A DNA stretch of 64,000 nt from Escherichia coli 042 (GCF_000027125.1 NC_017626.1), one strand, 5' to 3'; positions 37,930 to 51,741 are shown, counted from the stretch's first letter. The notes: generated by a model from the letters alone, not told the origin. Program-made: numbers and translations.

Positions 37930-39387
37930 TTACATCAGCGGCATTGCTAACCGCACAATGCTAATCAGCGGTTGCGGCCATACACCCAGCACCAGTACCA
38001 GCAGTGCAGAGATCAGCACCACGATACCTCCCGCGCTGTACTGCCAGTTTGATGGTGCATCGCGACCCAGTTGTTCCGGGGCGTGAAGATACAAGCTCAC
38101 CGCCACGCGCAGGTAGTAGTAGAGGCCGATTGCCGAACCAACAACCACGGCACCCACCAGCCACCACAAGTGTGCCTGGACACCGACCGCCAGCACGTAG
38201 AACTTACCGATAAAGCCCAGCGTCATCGGAATACCGGCCAGAGACAGCATCATCACCGTCATCACCGCCGCGAGGATCGGACGATGCCAGAACAGACCGC
38301 GGTAAGAGAACAGGGAATCAGCATCCGGTCCACGATACGGGCTGGACATCAGGCTGACCACGCCGAACGCGCCGAGGCTGCTGAACAGATAACCGGCCAG
38401 GTAAACCCCTACCGCTTCCATCGACATCTCGCCGGTTTGCAGCGCAATCAGCGCCACCAGCAGATAGCCGAGGTGAGAAATAGACGAGTAACCGAGCAGA
38501 CGTTTGATGTTGGTCTGGCTCAGCGCCATCAGGTTACCGAAGATGATGGAGGCAAAGGCGATAATCGCCAGCACCACGCGAATCGCTTCGCTGTCACCCA
38601 CCGGTGCGTAGAGGAACAGACGCATCACCACACCGAAGATAGCGATTTTGCTCGCCGTCGCCAGGAAGGTGGAAACCGGCGCAGGTGCGCCCTGGTATAC
38701 GTCTGGCGTCCACAGGTGGAACGGCACCAGAGAGAGTTTGAAGCCGAGGCCAACAATCATCAGTCCGAAACCTGCCAGCAACAGCGGCTCGTTGAGCATA
38801 CCGTCGCCGAGGTTTTTACCCAACGCGACAAACGACAGGTCGCCAGACTGCGCATACACCAGCGCCATACCGAACAGCAGGAAAGAAGACGCTGCGGCAG
38901 AAAGGATAGTGTATTTGATACTGGCTTCCAGCGAACGTTTCTGGCGGAAAGCGTAACCGACCAGGCCAAACAGCGGCAAAGAGATCAGTTCGATACCGAG
39001 GAACAGAGACGCCAGATGGTTGGCATTCGCCAGCAGGATCCCGCCCAGCGCGGCAATTAACACCAACAGGTAGAACTCATCCTTGTTGTCGTTATAGCCT
39101 TCAAGCCACGGGTAGGCGAAAGTACAGGTGGCGAGGCTCGCCAACAATACCAGCCCGGTGTAAAGCATGGCGAAACCATCAACACGCATCAGCGGCGTAA
39201 CGTCCATAGCGCCCGCCTGGCCGACAAACCAGAGCGAAACCAGCGCCGCGTTAAGCCCAATAACCGAGAGCGTAGCGTTGAGGAAATGATTGCGTCGCCA
39301 CGCAATGGAGAGCATCACAACCACCACCGTCAAGCCGACGATCAGCAACGGTAGCAGTGCGATCAGGTTTTGTGGAGTTATTGTCAT
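37930..39387 (-). CDS. nuoN: NADH:quinone oxidoreductase subunit N
   Basis: 485-aa polytopic membrane protein, last gene of the nuo operon. Confidence 0.95.
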   Translation of the reverse strand: MTITPQNLIALLPLLIVGLTVVVVMLSIAWRRNHFLNATLSVIGLNAALVSLWFVGQAGAMDVTPLMRVDGFAMLYTGLVLLASLATCTFAYPWLEGYNDNKDEFYLLVLIAALGGILLANANHLASLFLGIELISLPLFGLVGYAFRQKRSLEASIKYTILSAAASSFLLFGMALVYAQSGDLSFVALGKNLGDGMLNEPLLLAGFGLMIVGLGFKLSLVPFHLWTPDVYQGAPAPVSTFLATASKIAIFGVVMRLFLYAPVGDSEAIRVVLAIIAFASIIFGNLMALSQTNIKRLLGYSSISHLGYLLVALIALQTGEMSMEAVGVYLAGYLFSSLGAFGVVSLMSSPYRGPDADSLFSYRGLFWHRPILAAVMTVMMLSLAGIPMTLGFIGKFYVLAVGVQAHLWWLVGAVVVGSAIGLYYYLRVAVSLYLHAPEQLGRDAPSNWQYSAGGIVVLISALLVLVLGVWPQPLISIVRLAMPLM

Positions 39388-39393
39388 GGCGAT

Positions 39394-40923
39394 TTACGGC
39401 CTTGTAGTAGTAACGGAATTAACAAACCACTGCTGGATATTGCCAATCGCGGAATGCGAGGTATCCAGAATCGGCTGCGGATAGAAGCCCAGCAGTACCA
39501 GCAGCACCACCAGCAACAGGATCATAAACAGCTCACGCAGCGACATCCCTGGCAGTTCCTGGCTGGCAATCTGGCTTTTCGCTTTACCGAAGTAAGCGCG
39601 ATGCAACATCGCCAGCGAATAAACAGATGCAAAGACCAGCCCAAAGGTAGAGATAACGGTAATCACCGGGACAACCTGGAAGCTGCCGAACAGAATCATA
39701 AATTCGCCGACGAAGTTACCGGTGCCAGGCATCCCAAGCGTTGCCACCGCAAAGAACAGCGACAGTGCTGGCAGCCATTTCATCTTGCTCCACAGACCGC
39801 CCATCATGCGCATGTCGCGGGTATGGATACGTTCATAAAGCTGACCGCAGAGAATAAACAGACCCGCTGCCGACAAGCCGTGCGCAATCATCTGGATTAC
39901 CGCGCCCTGGTAGGCCAACTGGCTGCCGGTATAGATAGCAATCAGCACGAAGCCCATGTGGGAAACCGAGGTGTAGGCGATCAGACGTTTGATATCGGTC
40001 TGGGCGAAGGCCATCCACGCACCGTAGAAGATGCCGATAACACCCAGCCACATGGCGATTGGCGCGAACTCTGCCGACGCGTTCGGGAACAGCGGCAGGG
40101 AGAAACGCAGCAGACCATAAGCAGCGGTTTTCAGCAAGATCCCCGCGAGGTCCACGGAACCGGCGGTCGGAGCCTGGGAGTGCGCATCCGGCAGCCAGCC
40201 ATGCAGCGGTACCACCGGCATTTTCACCGCAAACGCGATGAAGAAGCCCAGCATCAGCAAATATTCCACGCCGTTAGACATTGGCGTATTCAGCAGCTCT
40301 TCATAGTTGAAGGTCCAGACGCCAGTCGCATTGTAGTGAACAAAAACCAGCGCCAGGATGGCGATCAACATCACCAGACCACTCGCCTGGGTGTAAATGA
40401 AGAACTTGGTTGCCGCCGTGATACGCGTTTTACCGTCAGAGGCTTTATGCCCCCACAGTGCGATCAGGAAGTACATCGGCACCAGCATCATTTCCCAGAA
40501 GAAGAAGAACAGGAACATGTCGATGGCAAGGAACACGCCGATAACGCCGCCCAGGATCCACATCAGGTTGAGGTGGAAGAAGCCCTGGTATTTTTCGATC
40601 TCTTTCCACGAACAGAGTACCGCCAGCACACCGAGCAGACCGGTCAGCACGACCATCAGCAGCGATAGCCCGTCAATGGCGAGATGGATAGAGATACCAA
40701 AACGCGGGATCCACGGCATGTCGAATTCAGACTGCCACTGCGGAATTCCGGCGGATTGCGTCAGTGAATAACCGCCCTGCAACCACAGTTGCAGCGACAG
40801 CGCCAGCGTCAATCCCATGGTGATCAGCGCGATCCAGCGCGGCACCTTGACGCCAAAGCGTTCGGTCTGCCAGCACAGGAAGCCGCCGATAAAGGGAATT
40901 AATATTAGCCAGGGTAGTAACAT
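39394..40923 (-). CDS. nuoM: NADH:quinone oxidoreductase subunit M
   Basis: 509-aa antiporter-like subunit. Confidence 0.95.
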   Translation of the reverse strand: MLLPWLILIPFIGGFLCWQTERFGVKVPRWIALITMGLTLALSLQLWLQGGYSLTQSAGIPQWQSEFDMPWIPRFGISIHLAIDGLSLLMVVLTGLLGVLAVLCSWKEIEKYQGFFHLNLMWILGGVIGVFLAIDMFLFFFFWEMMLVPMYFLIALWGHKASDGKTRITAATKFFIYTQASGLVMLIAILALVFVHYNATGVWTFNYEELLNTPMSNGVEYLLMLGFFIAFAVKMPVVPLHGWLPDAHSQAPTAGSVDLAGILLKTAAYGLLRFSLPLFPNASAEFAPIAMWLGVIGIFYGAWMAFAQTDIKRLIAYTSVSHMGFVLIAIYTGSQLAYQGAVIQMIAHGLSAAGLFILCGQLYERIHTRDMRMMGGLWSKMKWLPALSLFFAVATLGMPGTGNFVGEFMILFGSFQVVPVITVISTFGLVFASVYSLAMLHRAYFGKAKSQIASQELPGMSLRELFMILLLVVLLVLLGFYPQPILDTSHSAIGNIQQWFVNSVTTTRP

Positions 40924-41013
40924 GGCGATCTTTATTCCTTGTAAAAGTCCCGTCAGGACCGGATTTTCAACGAATTCTCACGACAGAAAATTCTCTTCGG
41001 ATTGTGGTTGTAG

Positions 41014-41050
41014 TGTCGGATGCGCCGCGAAGGCGGCTTATCCGACCTAC
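41014..41050. repeat. REP-like palindromic unit in the nuoL-nuoM intergenic region
   Basis: GTCGGATGCGCCGCGAAGGCGGCTTATCCGACCTAC resembles the REP consensus (GATGCG...CTTATC.G.CCTAC). Confidence 0.6.
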
Positions 41051-41088
41051 GTTCTTATATGCCCAGGGGCAAGCCCACAATCCTTAAC

Positions 41089-42930
41089 TCAACGCAGTAC
41101 CATCAACAGTGCCAGCACCACGACCGCACCGATGCTCATGGATGCCACATACCAGCGCAGATAACCGTTCTCGCTTAACAGCAGACCTTTACCTGCAAAG
41201 CGGGAAAGGACAGCCGGGATGTTCATCATTGAGTTCAGCGGATCGCGTTTCAGCAACCAGGCAATACCCAGGAACGGCTTGACGAACACTTTGTCGTACA
41301 GCCAGTCAAAGCCCCAGGCGTTGTACCACCAGGTGCCCAGCAGACGGCCCGGCGCACTGTTGGCGATGGAGGTCACCAGAGTACGTTTACCCAGCCACAG
41401 CCAGGCTGCCAGCAGAATGCCGACCACCGCGACCACGCCAGAGGTAATTTCCAGGGTCAACATGCTGCCGTGCGCCAGCTCCGTCGTTTGCGGAAGCACG
41501 CCCTGCAGCGGCGGTACAATCAGTGCGCCAACGAAGGTGGAAAGGATCAGCAGCACAATCAGCGGCAGGCTGTGAGTTATCCCTTTCACGGCGTGAGCGT
41601 GAATTTGTTCTTTTCCGTGGAAGACGATGAAAATCATACGGAAGGTGTAGAGCGAGGTCATAAATGCACCGACCAGACCTGCCACCATCAGATTGATATG
41701 TCCATTCGCCATCGCACCCGCGAGGATCTCATCCTTACTGAAGAAGCCCGCAGTGACCAGCGGCAGTGCCGACAGTGCTGCGCCACCCACCAGGAAGCAG
41801 AGATAAACCAGCGGAATAGATTTACGCAGACCGCCCATCTTGAAGATGTTCTGTTCGTGATGGCAGGCCAGAATGACGGAACCGGATGCCAGGAACAGCA
41901 GCGCTTTAAAGAACGCGTGAGTCATCAAGTGGAAAATCGCCGCATCCCATGCCTGCACGCCAAGCGCGAGGAACATGTAGCCAATCTGGCTCATGGTAGA
42001 GTAAGCGAGAACACGTTTGATATCGGTCTGTACCAGCGCGGCAAAACCGGCCAGCAGCAGCGTAACCGCCCCGACAATGCCCACCAAATGCAGAACTTCC
42101 GGGGTCATCAGGAACAGGCCGTGGGTACGGGCGATCAGGTAGACACCTGCGGTTACCATGGTTGCGGCGTGGATCAGCGCGGAGACAGGCGTCGGGCCCG
42201 CCATCGCGTCGGCAAGCCATGTCTGCAACGGCAACTGCGCAGATTTACCGACCGCACCGCCCAGCAGCATCAGCGTCGCCCACATCAGCATGTTATTGCC
42301 GTCAGCAAAGTGCGCTGGTGCCAGTTCCACCATTTCGCGGAAGTTCAGGGTGCCCAGTTCGTTGTAAAGAATGAACAGCGCGAAAGCGAGGAACACGTCA
42401 CCCACACGGGTCACGACGAACGCTTTCATTGCCGCTGCACCATTCTTCGGATCGGTGTAATAGAAACCGATCAGCAGATAGGAGCACAGGCCCACGCCTT
42501 CCCAGCCGAGGTACATCAGCAGCAGGTTGTCGGCAAGCACCAGAACTACCATGCTGGCGATGAACAGGTTGGTGTAAGCGAAGAAGCGAGAGTAGCCCTC
42601 TTCACCGCGCATATACCAGGAGGCGTACATGTGAATAAGGAAACCCACACCAGTGACCACCGAGAGCATGGTCAGCGACAGGCCGTCCAGCACCAGGTTA
42701 AAACCGATGTTAAAGTCGCCTACCGACATCCACGTCCACAGCGGCTGGCTGTATGCCTGCTCACCGTTAGCGAAGAAGTCAACGCCGATAAAGGCAGTTA
42801 CCAGCGCCGCCAGGCCCACAGAGCCAACGCCCACGATCGCCGAGACGTTTTCAGACCAGCGCCCACGGGAGAACGCCAGCAGGACGAAGCCAATCAATGG
42901 CAAAATAATGGTTAAGGCAAGCATGTTCAT
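41089..42930 (-). CDS. nuoL: NADH:quinone oxidoreductase subunit L
   Basis: 613 aa. Confidence 0.95.
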
Positions 42931-43229
42931 CCGCGCATCTCACTTACTGAATCGATGTTCAGGTTCTGGCGACGACGGTGAAGTTGCAGCAGCAGCGCAA
43001 GGCCGATACTCGCTTCTGCCGCCGCGAGGCTGATGGCGAGAATGTACATCACCTGACCGTCGGTCTGGCCCCAGTAGCTTCCGGCGACCACAAAGGCCAG
43101 CGCGGAAGCGTTAATCATGATTTCCAGACCAATCAGCATAAACAGCAGATTGCGACGGATAACCAGACCGGTTAAGCCAAGAACGAATAAGATTGCCGCG
43201 AGGATCAGTCCATGTTGTAAGGGGATCAT
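42927..43229 (-). CDS. nuoK: NADH:quinone oxidoreductase subunit K
   Basis: 100 aa; 4-bp overlap with nuoL. Confidence 0.95.
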
Positions 43230-43780
43230 GCGTGCTCCTCCGTTTTTCTTTTCGCGCTGTCGTCTTTACGATTGCTCAGCACTTCACCCGCTCGCTCTTC
43301 ACGACCAACGTGGAAGGCCACAACCAGACCCGCGAGCAGCAGCATAGAAGCCAGTTCCACCGCCAGTACGTAAGGCCCGAACAGCGTAATACCCACTGCT
43401 TTAGCACTGATTGGCGTACCGTCGATACCCTGATCGTTAACACCGAGGATGGCGTAAACAATCACCACCAGCATGATGGCCGACAAAATTGCCGGACCAA
43501 TCCACACCTGCGGTTTCAGCCACTGGCGTTCCTGTTCAATTTCTGAACCGCCCAGGTTGAGCATCATCACCACGAACACGAACAGCACCATAATGGCACC
43601 CGCGTAGACGATAATTTCCAGCGCACCGGCGAAGTAAGCGCCCAGTGAGAAGAACACCCCAGAGATCGCCAGCAGCGAAATAATCAGGTACAGCAGTGCG
43701 TGTACCGGATTGGTATGGGTGATCACTCGCAAGGTCGCAAGTATGGCTATCAGGCCACAGATATAAAAAGCGAACTCCAT
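43226..43780 (-). CDS. nuoJ: NADH:quinone oxidoreductase subunit J
   Basis: 184 aa. Confidence 0.95.
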
Positions 43781-43791
43781 TGCCCCTCTCC

Positions 43792-44334
43792 TTACGGTAA
43801 CAGGCTCTTGACGTCGATAGGCTTGGCTTCGTTCTCTGCTTCGCCCTTATCTTTGCCGTCGATTGCCATACCTGCCATCCGGTAGAAGTTATATTCCGGG
43901 TATTTGCCCGGACCGGAGATCAGCAGATCCTCTTTCTCGTAAACCAGATCCTGGCGCTTGTATTCCCCCATTTCGAAATCCGGGGTTAACTGAATCGCCG
44001 TGGTCGGACAGGCTTCTTCGCACAGACCACAGAAAATGCAGCGTGAGAAGTTGATGCGGAAAAATTCCGGATACCAGCGACCGTCTTTGGTTTCTGCTTT
44101 TTGCAGCGAGATACAGCCGACCGGGCAGGCTACCGCGCAGAGGTTACAGGCTACGCAACGCTCTTCGCCGTCCGGGTCGCGGGTCAGAACGATACGACCA
44201 CGATAACGGGGCGGCAGATAGACCGGCTCTTCCGGGTACATTCGCGTTTCGCGTTTGGCGAACGCGTGCAGGCCGATCATCCAGATACTACGAACCTGGG
44301 TGCCGAAACCTACTAACAATTCTTTTAAGGTCAT
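43792..44334 (-). CDS. nuoI: NADH:quinone oxidoreductase subunit I (2x[4Fe-4S])
   Basis: 180 aa with two CxxCxxCxxxCP ferredoxin motifs. Confidence 0.95.
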
Positions 44335-44348
44335 GGTCTTATTGCCCC

Positions 44349-45326
44349 TTATTGCGCCTGCCAGAGAATGACAGCCGCCGTTACCAGCAAGTTGATCAGC
44401 GTCAGCGGCAGGCAGATTTTCCAGCCGAAGGACATTACCTGGTCATAACGCGGACGCGGTAACGACGCACGAATCAAAATGAACATCATCATAAAGAACG
44501 CGGTTTTCAGCGCGAACCAGATGAATGGCGGTAACAACGGGCCTTGCCAGCCACCGAAGAACAGCGTCACCATCAGTGCAGAGATGGTCACAATCCCGAT
44601 GTACTCACCCACGAAGAACAGACCGAACTTCATGCCGGAATATTCAATGTGGTAACCATCCGCCAGTTCCTGCTCGGCTTCCGGCTGGTCAAACGGGTGA
44701 CGGTGACACACCGCCACGCCCGCGATGGCAAAGGTAATAAAACCAAAGAATTGCGGGATGACGTTCCACACATGCGCCTGGCTGTTGACGATGTCGGTCA
44801 TGTTGAATGAACCGGCCTGCGCCACCACGCCCATCAGGGAAAGCCCGAGGAACACTTCGTAGCTCAGGGTCTGCGCAGAAGCACGCATCGCACCCAGCAA
44901 CGAGTATTTGTTGTTACTTGACCAGCCCGCAAACAGCACCGCGTAGACCGCCAGACCGGCCATCATCAGGAAGAACAAAATCCCGATGTTCAGGTCGGCA
45001 ACCACCCAACCCGGACTGACTGGCACAATCGCAAAGGCCAGCAGCAGCGAGGTAAAGGCAATCATCGGTGCCAGGGTAAAGATGACGCGATCTGAGAATT
45101 TCGGGATCCAGTCTTCTTTAAAGAACATCTTGATCATGTCCGCGACCAGCTGGAGCGAACCGCCCCAGCCAACACGGTTAGGTCCGTAACGGTTCTGGAA
45201 CAGACCCAGCAGGCGACGTTCGCCAAAGCTCATGAATGCCCCACAGGTGACAACCACCAGCAGGATCACCACCGCTTTGAGGATGGTCAGCAGGATCTCA
45301 ATCAGTTCCGGTGATATCCAACTCAT
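44349..45326 (-). CDS. nuoH: NADH:quinone oxidoreductase subunit H
   Basis: 325 aa. Confidence 0.95.
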
Positions 45327-48055
45327 TGTTGTGCCTCCTTGAGATCCTCAAGATGCGCGCCAGCCAGCACCGGAGCAATGCCGGACATACCCATCGGCAA
45401 GCCAACCTGCCCTGCCGTCAGTCCTTCGGCGATTTCAACCGGCAGCGTGACCGTGTTGCCATCGTAACTAAAGGAGACGCGTGTACCCGCGTTCACACCC
45501 AACTTCGCGGCATCCGCTGGGTTGAGTTTGATGTACGGCTGCGGCATACGGCTCTGGAAGACCGGAGCACGCTGTGACAATTCATCGCTGCCAAACAGGT
45601 GGTAGTACGGCGCGATACGCCATTTCCCGTCCTGCGGCTGGAAGCGTGCCGGTACGCTGGTGAAGTAATCCAGACCATTTTCGCTGGTTTCAAACAGACG
45701 CACGCCCGGATCGCCAAAGCGCAGTTTACCGCCCACTTCGTCCTGGAATTTGTTCCACGCCTGCGGGGAGTTCCAGCCCGGTGCCCAGGCAAACGGCACT
45801 TGCGAACGGTGCGCGGTCGGCTGGTTGTTACCTTCCATCGAGAAGGTGAACATGGTGTCAATATCCTGCGGCTGACGCGGCTCATGAACGCTGATGTTGG
45901 CGCGCATGGCGGTACGACCGCTGTAACGGTGCGGTTCACGGGCCAGTTTCTGCCCGCGAATGCGGAATGTCGCATCCGGCGCGGCATCTTTGATACCCGC
46001 CAGCTCCGGGATTTTCGCCACAACGGCGTCAATCACATGGTCGAGCTGCGTCCAGTCAACTTCACGGCTCAGCAGAGTGCTGTGCAGCGAGTGTAACCAG
46101 CGCCAGCTTTCCAGCATGACAGTTTTGCTGTCGTAATAAGCCGGATCGTAAACCTGGAAGAAACGTTGGGCACGGCCTTCGTTGTTAATCACCGTACCGT
46201 CGCTTTCAGCAAAGCTGGCAGCAGAAAGTACCAGATGGGCGTTTTCCATAATCGCTGTGCGTTGATGGTCAACCACCATCACCAGCGGCGCTTTAGCCAG
46301 CGCAGCATTCACGCGGGTAGCGGAAGCGTGACGATGCAGATCGTTTTCCAGCACCACCACCGCGTCGGCGCGTCCGGTTTCCAGTTCAGTTAACGCTTCT
46401 TCAAGCGAACCGCCACCCATAATGCCCAGCCCCATGCTGTTTACAGAGCGGGCAATCATGGTGATACCGACGTCAGCGCCGCGACCTTTCAGGGCTTTTG
46501 CGACGTTAGCCGCCGCCTGAATAACTTCGGTGCTGCCGGCGTTCGTCCCGGAGATAATCAACGGTTTCTTCGCCCCCGCCAGAGCCTGCACGATGACGTC
46601 GATTTTGCTTTGCAGCTCAGGTTCGATACCGTCAACCGCTGGCGCGGAGTTATCCAGCGCATGGGCGATGGCAAAACCTAAACGCGCCTGATCTTCAACC
46701 GGTGCGCGGTAAGTCCACGCCGCGATATCATCCAGACGGGTGTCATCAACGTTGGTAACAAACAGCGGATGCTTCGCACGTTGACCGATGTTGAGGATTG
46801 CCGCAATCTGCCAGTCAGCCACTTTCTGTGCTGCCGCCATTTCGCGTGCTTTACCTTTCACCGCCTGACGAACTGCCAGCGCGACGCGCGCGCCGGTCTG
46901 GGTAACGTCTTCGCCCAGCACCAGTACCGCATCGTAAGATTCGATTTCGCGCAGTGCCGGCGTATAAATGCCGCCTTCACGCAGTACTTTCAGCGCCAGT
47001 TGCAGACGTTCCTGCTCACCGTGAGCGATACCGGTATAGAAGTTTTCTTCGCCCACCAGCTCACGCAGCGCAAAGTTGCTTTCCACGCTGGCACGCGGAG
47101 AACCAATGCCGATCACTTTCTTCGACTGACGCAGAATATCTGCTGCGCCCTGCATTGCCTGTTCGGCGTTGAGGGTAATGAAATCATCGCCACGACGCTG
47201 TACTGGCTGACGCGGACGATCTTTCAGGTTGACGTAACCGTAACCGAAACGACCACGGTCGCAGAGGAAGTAGTGGTTTACCGTACCGTTGTAACGGTTT
47301 TCGATACGACGCAGTTCGCCGTAACGCTCGCCGGGGCTGATGTTACAGCCGATGGAACATTGCTGGCAGATGCTCGGCGCAAACTGCATATCCCATTTAC
47401 GGTTGTAACGCTCGGAGTGCGTTTTGTCGGTGAATACGCCAGTCGGGCAAATCTCTACCAGGTTACCGGAAAATTCGCTTTCCAGCGTGCCGTCTTCCGG
47501 GCGACCGAAGTAGACGTTGTCGTGCGCACCGTAAACGCCCAGGTCCGTGCCGTCAGCGTAATCTTTGTAGTAACGCACGCAGCGGTAGCAGGCGATGCAG
47601 CGGTTCATTTCGTGAGAGATGAACGGCCCCAGGTCCTGATTGCGGTGGGTACGTTTGGTGAAACGGTAACGACGGAAGCTGTGTCCGGTCATCACAGTCA
47701 TATCCTGAAGATGGCAGTTACCGCCCTCTTCACATACCGGACAGTCGTGCGGGTGGTTGGTCATTAACCACTCGACCACACTTTCACGGAACTGTTTCGC
47801 TTCTTCGTCGTCAATGGAAATAAAGGTGCCATCGGAAGCCGGTGTCATACAGGACATCACCAGGCGACCACGCGTGTCTTCCGCGTTTTGGTATTGCTTC
47901 ACCGCACACTGGCGGCAAGCACCGACGCTTCCCAGCGCCGGATGCCAGCAAAAGTAAGGAATATCAAGGCCCAGAGACAGACAAGCTTCCAGCAGGTTGT
48001 CCGCTCCGTTGACCTCGTATTCTTTGCCGTCTACATGAATTGTAGCCATTAGCAT
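45323..48055 (-). CDS. nuoG: NADH:quinone oxidoreductase subunit G
   Basis: 910-aa ORF; the true start may be 6 nt downstream, at [11 protein letters not shown] (908 aa). Confidence 0.95.
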
Positions 48056-48101
48056 GCTTCCAGTTTTCTCAGTCAGAGACTGAGCGTTAATCGAAATTCG
48101 G

Positions 48102-49439
48102 TTACCAGCGCTCTTTCAGCAGGTTCGGCTGAATCCCATTAATCAAATGGGTATTGCTGAACGGCTGTTTGATTCCCGCCTCAAATTCTTCGCGGAAATA
48201 TTTGATGGCGCTCTGTAACGGCTCCACTGCACCAGGTGCGTGGGCACAGAAAGTTTTACCCGGGCCTAAGAATCGACACAGTTGCTCAAGTGTTTCGATA
48301 TCGCCCGGCTGACCTTCGCCACGCTCCAGCGCACGCAGAATTTTCACGCTCCACGGCAGACCGTCGCGGCACGGCGTACACCAGCCGCAGGACTCACGGG
48401 CGAAAAACTCTTCCAGGTTACGCACCAGCGACACCATGTTGATCTCATGGTCAACCGCCATCGCCAGCGCCGTACCCAGACGGCTTCCCGCTTTACCGAT
48501 ACTTTCGAATTCCATCGGCAGGTCAAGGTGTGCTTCGGTCAGGAAGTCAGTCCCCGCGCCGCCTGGCTGCCAGGCTTTGAATTTCAGACCGTCACGCATA
48601 CCACCGGCGTAATCTTCAAGGATTTCACGCGCAGTAGTACCGAACGGAAGTTCCCACAGGCCCGGATTTTTCACCCGACCGGAGAATCCCATCAGCTTGG
48701 TGCCAGCATCTTTACTTTTCGAGATGTTCTGATACCACTCCACACCGTTAGCAAGGATCGCCGGAACGTTACACAGGGTTTCGACGTTATTGACACAGGT
48801 CGGTTTGCCCCATGCACCGGAGGTTGCCGGGAATGGTGGCTTCGAGCGTGGGTTAGCGCGACGCCCTTCCAGGGAGTTGATTAACGCTGTTTCTTCACCG
48901 CAGATGTAGCGCCCTGCCCCGGTATGGACGAACAGTTCGAAATCGAAACCTGTTCCCATAATGTTTTTGCCGAGCAGGCCTGCTTCGGTGGCTTCGGCAA
49001 TGGCACGGCGCAAATTCACTGCCGCTTCGATATATTCGCCGCGCAGGAAGATGTAACCACGGTAAGCTTTCAGCGCAAATGCGGAGATGAGCATGCCTTC
49101 CACCAGCAGGTGCGGCAGTTGTTCCATCAGCAGGCGGTCTTTATAGGTGCCCGGCTCCATTTCATCGGCGTTACACAGCAGGTAACGGATGTTCATGGAT
49201 TCGTCTTTCGGCATCAGGCTCCATTTCAGGCCGGTAGAAAAGCCTGCACCGCCGCGCCCTTTCAGACCGGAGTCTTTTACCTGATTAACGATTTCGTCCG
49301 GAGACAGCCCGGTCAGCGCCTTACGCGCCCCTTCGTAGCCGTTTTTGCTGCGATATTCGTCCAGCCACACTGGCTGTTTGTCATCGCGCAGACGCCAGGT
49401 CAGCGGATGCGTTTCGGGAGTACGGATAATGTTTTTCAT
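48102..49439 (-). CDS. nuoF: NADH:quinone oxidoreductase subunit F (FMN, NADH-binding)
   Basis: 445 aa. Confidence 0.95.
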   Translation of the reverse strand: MKNIIRTPETHPLTWRLRDDKQPVWLDEYRSKNGYEGARKALTGLSPDEIVNQVKDSGLKGRGGAGFSTGLKWSLMPKDESMNIRYLLCNADEMEPGTYKDRLLMEQLPHLLVEGMLISAFALKAYRGYIFLRGEYIEAAVNLRRAIAEATEAGLLGKNIMGTGFDFELFVHTGAGRYICGEETALINSLEGRRANPRSKPPFPATSGAWGKPTCVNNVETLCNVPAILANGVEWYQNISKSKDAGTKLMGFSGRVKNPGLWELPFGTTAREILEDYAGGMRDGLKFKAWQPGGAGTDFLTEAHLDLPMEFESIGKAGSRLGTALAMAVDHEINMVSLVRNLEEFFARESCGWCTPCRDGLPWSVKILRALERGEGQPGDIETLEQLCRFLGPGKTFCAHAPGAVEPLQSAIKYFREEFEAGIKQPFSNTHLINGIQPNLLKERW

Positions 49440-49936
49440 TTATACCGCTCCAGCAGTTCAGGGATCGCTTCCGGGGTCAGATGTGCGTGAGTATCCTCAT
49501 CGATCATCATGTTTGGCCCTTTGTCGCAGTTCCCCAGGCAGCAAGTTGGCAGCAGCGTAAAGCGGCCATCAAATGTCGTTTGCCCTGGTTTGATGTTCAG
49601 CTTTTTCTCCAGCGCCGCCTGAATACCCTGGTAACCGTTGATGTGACAGACCACGCTGTCGCAATAACGGATCACATGGCGACCAACCGGCTGGCGGAAG
49701 ATCTGGCTGTAGAACGTTGCCACGCCTTCGACGTCGCTCGCCGGAATACCCAGCACATCGGCGATCGCGTGGATCGCGCCATCCGGCACCCAGCCACGCT
49801 GCTTCTGAACGATTTTCAGCGCTTCAATGGACGCCGCACGCGGGTCTTCGTAGTGGTGCATCTCGTGCTCAATCGCTTCACGCTCTGCCGCACTCAGCTC
49901 AAAAGCCTCGGTTTGTGGTTGTTGATTCTCGTGCAT
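49436..49936 (-). CDS. nuoE: NADH:quinone oxidoreductase subunit E
   Basis: 166 aa. Confidence 0.95.
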
Positions 49937-49938
49937 AA

Positions 49939-51741
49939 TTAGCGGTCCACATCTGACATAACAAAATCGATACTGCCCAGATAAACAATCAGGTCAGACA
50001 CCAGGCTGCCGCGGATCGCCGCCGGAATTTGCTGCAAATGCGCATAACTCGGCGTACGGATACGGGTGCGATAACTCATGGTGCTACCGTCGCTGGTCAG
50101 GTAGTAACTGTTGATCCCCTTGGTCGCCTCAATCATCTGGAAAGATTCATTGGCTGGCATCACCGGACCCCACGACACTTGCAGGAAGTGGGTGATCAGG
50201 GTTTCGATATGTTGCAACGTGCGCTCTTTCGGCGGCGGCGTGGTCAGCGGGTGATCCGCTTTGAACGGGCCTTCCGGCATGTTGTTGAGGCACTGCTCAA
50301 GAATGCGCAGACTCTGGCGCAGCTCTTCCACTTTCAGCATTACGCGGGTGTAGCAGTCAGAAACACCACCACCCACCGGGATTTCAAAGTCGAAGTTTTC
50401 ATAGCCAGAATACGGACGCGCCTTACGCACGTCGAAGTCGATCCCGGTGGCGCGCAGGCCCGCGCCAGTGGTGCCCCACTCCAGCGCCTCTTTCGCGCCA
50501 TAGGCGGCAACGCCCTGGGAACGACCTTTCAGAATAGTGTTTTGCAGCGCCGCTTTCTCGTAAGACGCCAGACGTTTCGGCATCCAGTCGAGGAACTCAC
50601 GCAGCAGGCGATCCCAGCCACGCGGCAGGTCGTGCGCTACGCCGCCAATACGGAACCACGCCGGGTGCATACGGAAACCAGTGATTGCTTCCACCAGATC
50701 GTAAATTTTCTGACGATCGGTAAAGGCGAAGAACACTGGCGTCATCGCGCCGACGTCCTGAATAAAGGTGGAGATATACAGCAGGTGGCTGTTGATGCGG
50801 AACAGTTCGGAGAGCATTACGCGAATGACGTTAACGCGATCCGGCACGGTGATCCCGGCCAGTTTCTCTACCGCCAGCACGTAAGGCATTTCGTTAACGC
50901 AGCCGCCGAGGTATTCGATACGGTCGGTGTACGGAATGTAGCTATGCCAGGACTGGCGCTCGCCCATTTTCTCCGCACCACGGTGGTGGTAGCCGATGTC
51001 TGGTACGCAGTCGACAATCTCTTCGCCATCGAGCTGCAAAACGATACGGAAAGCACCGTGCGCCGACGGGTGGTTCGGACCGAGGTTGAGGAACATGAAG
51101 TCCTCGTTTTCGGTGCCGCGCTTCATCCCCCACTCTTCGGGTTTGAAGGTCAGGGCTTCCATTTCCAGATCCTGTTTGGCTTTGGTCAGCTCAAACGGCG
51201 AGAATTCGGTAGCGCGCGCCGGGTAATCTTTACGCAGCGGGTGGCCTTTCCAGGTTTGCGGCATCATGATGCGGCGCAGGTTCGGGTGACCGTCGAAAGT
51301 AATGCCAAACAGATCCCAGGTTTCACGCTCATACCAGTTGGCGTTCGGGAACAGTTTGGTGAAGGTCGGTACGTGCAGGTCGTTTTCTGCCAGCGCCACC
51401 TTCAGCATGATGTCGCGGTTACGATCGATAGAAATCAGATGGTAGAAAACGGAAAAATCCGCGGCAGGTAACCCTTCGCGGTGTGTGCGCAGACGTTCGT
51501 CCATGCCGTGTAAGTCAAACAGCATGACGTAAGGTTTCGGCAGTTTCTTTAAGAAATCGGCCACTTCCAGTAATTGTTCACGCTTGATCCACACAACGGG
51601 AACCCCGGTGCGAGTCGCCTGAACAGTAAAGGCATCCGGCCCAAAACGGTTGCGCAGTTCGCCAATCACCGGATCATCAAGATGATCGCGGGTCTGCCAG
51701 GCGGGTTCTTGCGCGGTTAAGTCGGTCATATTGTTCACCAT
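49939..51741 (-). CDS. nuoC: NADH:quinone oxidoreductase fused subunit C/D
   Basis: 600-aa ORF; an alternative start at MTDLTAQ would give 596 aa. Confidence 0.93.
   Translation of the reverse strand: MVNNMTDLTAQEPAWQTRDHLDDPVIGELRNRFGPDAFTVQATRTGVPVVWIKREQLLEVADFLKKLPKPYVMLFDLHGMDERLRTHREGLPAADFSVFYHLISIDRNRDIMLKVALAENDLHVPTFTKLFPNANWYERETWDLFGITFDGHPNLRRIMMPQTWKGHPLRKDYPARATEFSPFELTKAKQDLEMEALTFKPEEWGMKRGTENEDFMFLNLGPNHPSAHGAFRIVLQLDGEEIVDCVPDIGYHHRGAEKMGERQSWHSYIPYTDRIEYLGGCVNEMPYVLAVEKLAGITVPDRVNVIRVMLSELFRINSHLLYISTFIQDVGAMTPVFFAFTDRQKIYDLVEAITGFRMHPAWFRIGGVAHDLPRGWDRLLREFLDWMPKRLASYEKAALQNTILKGRSQGVAAYGAKEALEWGTTGAGLRATGIDFDVRKARPYSGYENFDFEIPVGGGVSDCYTRVMLKVEELRQSLRILEQCLNNMPEGPFKADHPLTTPPPKERTLQHIETLITHFLQVSWGPVMPANESFQMIEATKGINSYYLTSDGSTMSYRTRIRTPSYAHLQQIPAAIRGSLVSDLIVYLGSIDFVMSDVDR

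Noticed and set aside
38071-39060. Long plus-strand ORFs (329, 432, 481, 332 and 480 aa at 38071-39060, 39370-40668, 41470-42915, 46769-47767 and 50029-51471) antisense to the nuo genes
   Set aside because: They lie entirely within, and antisense to, well-supported nuo coding sequences. Their products are low-complexity, Arg/His/Gln-rich strings typical of stop-free antisense frames in GC-rich genes, with no start context and no recognisable domain.
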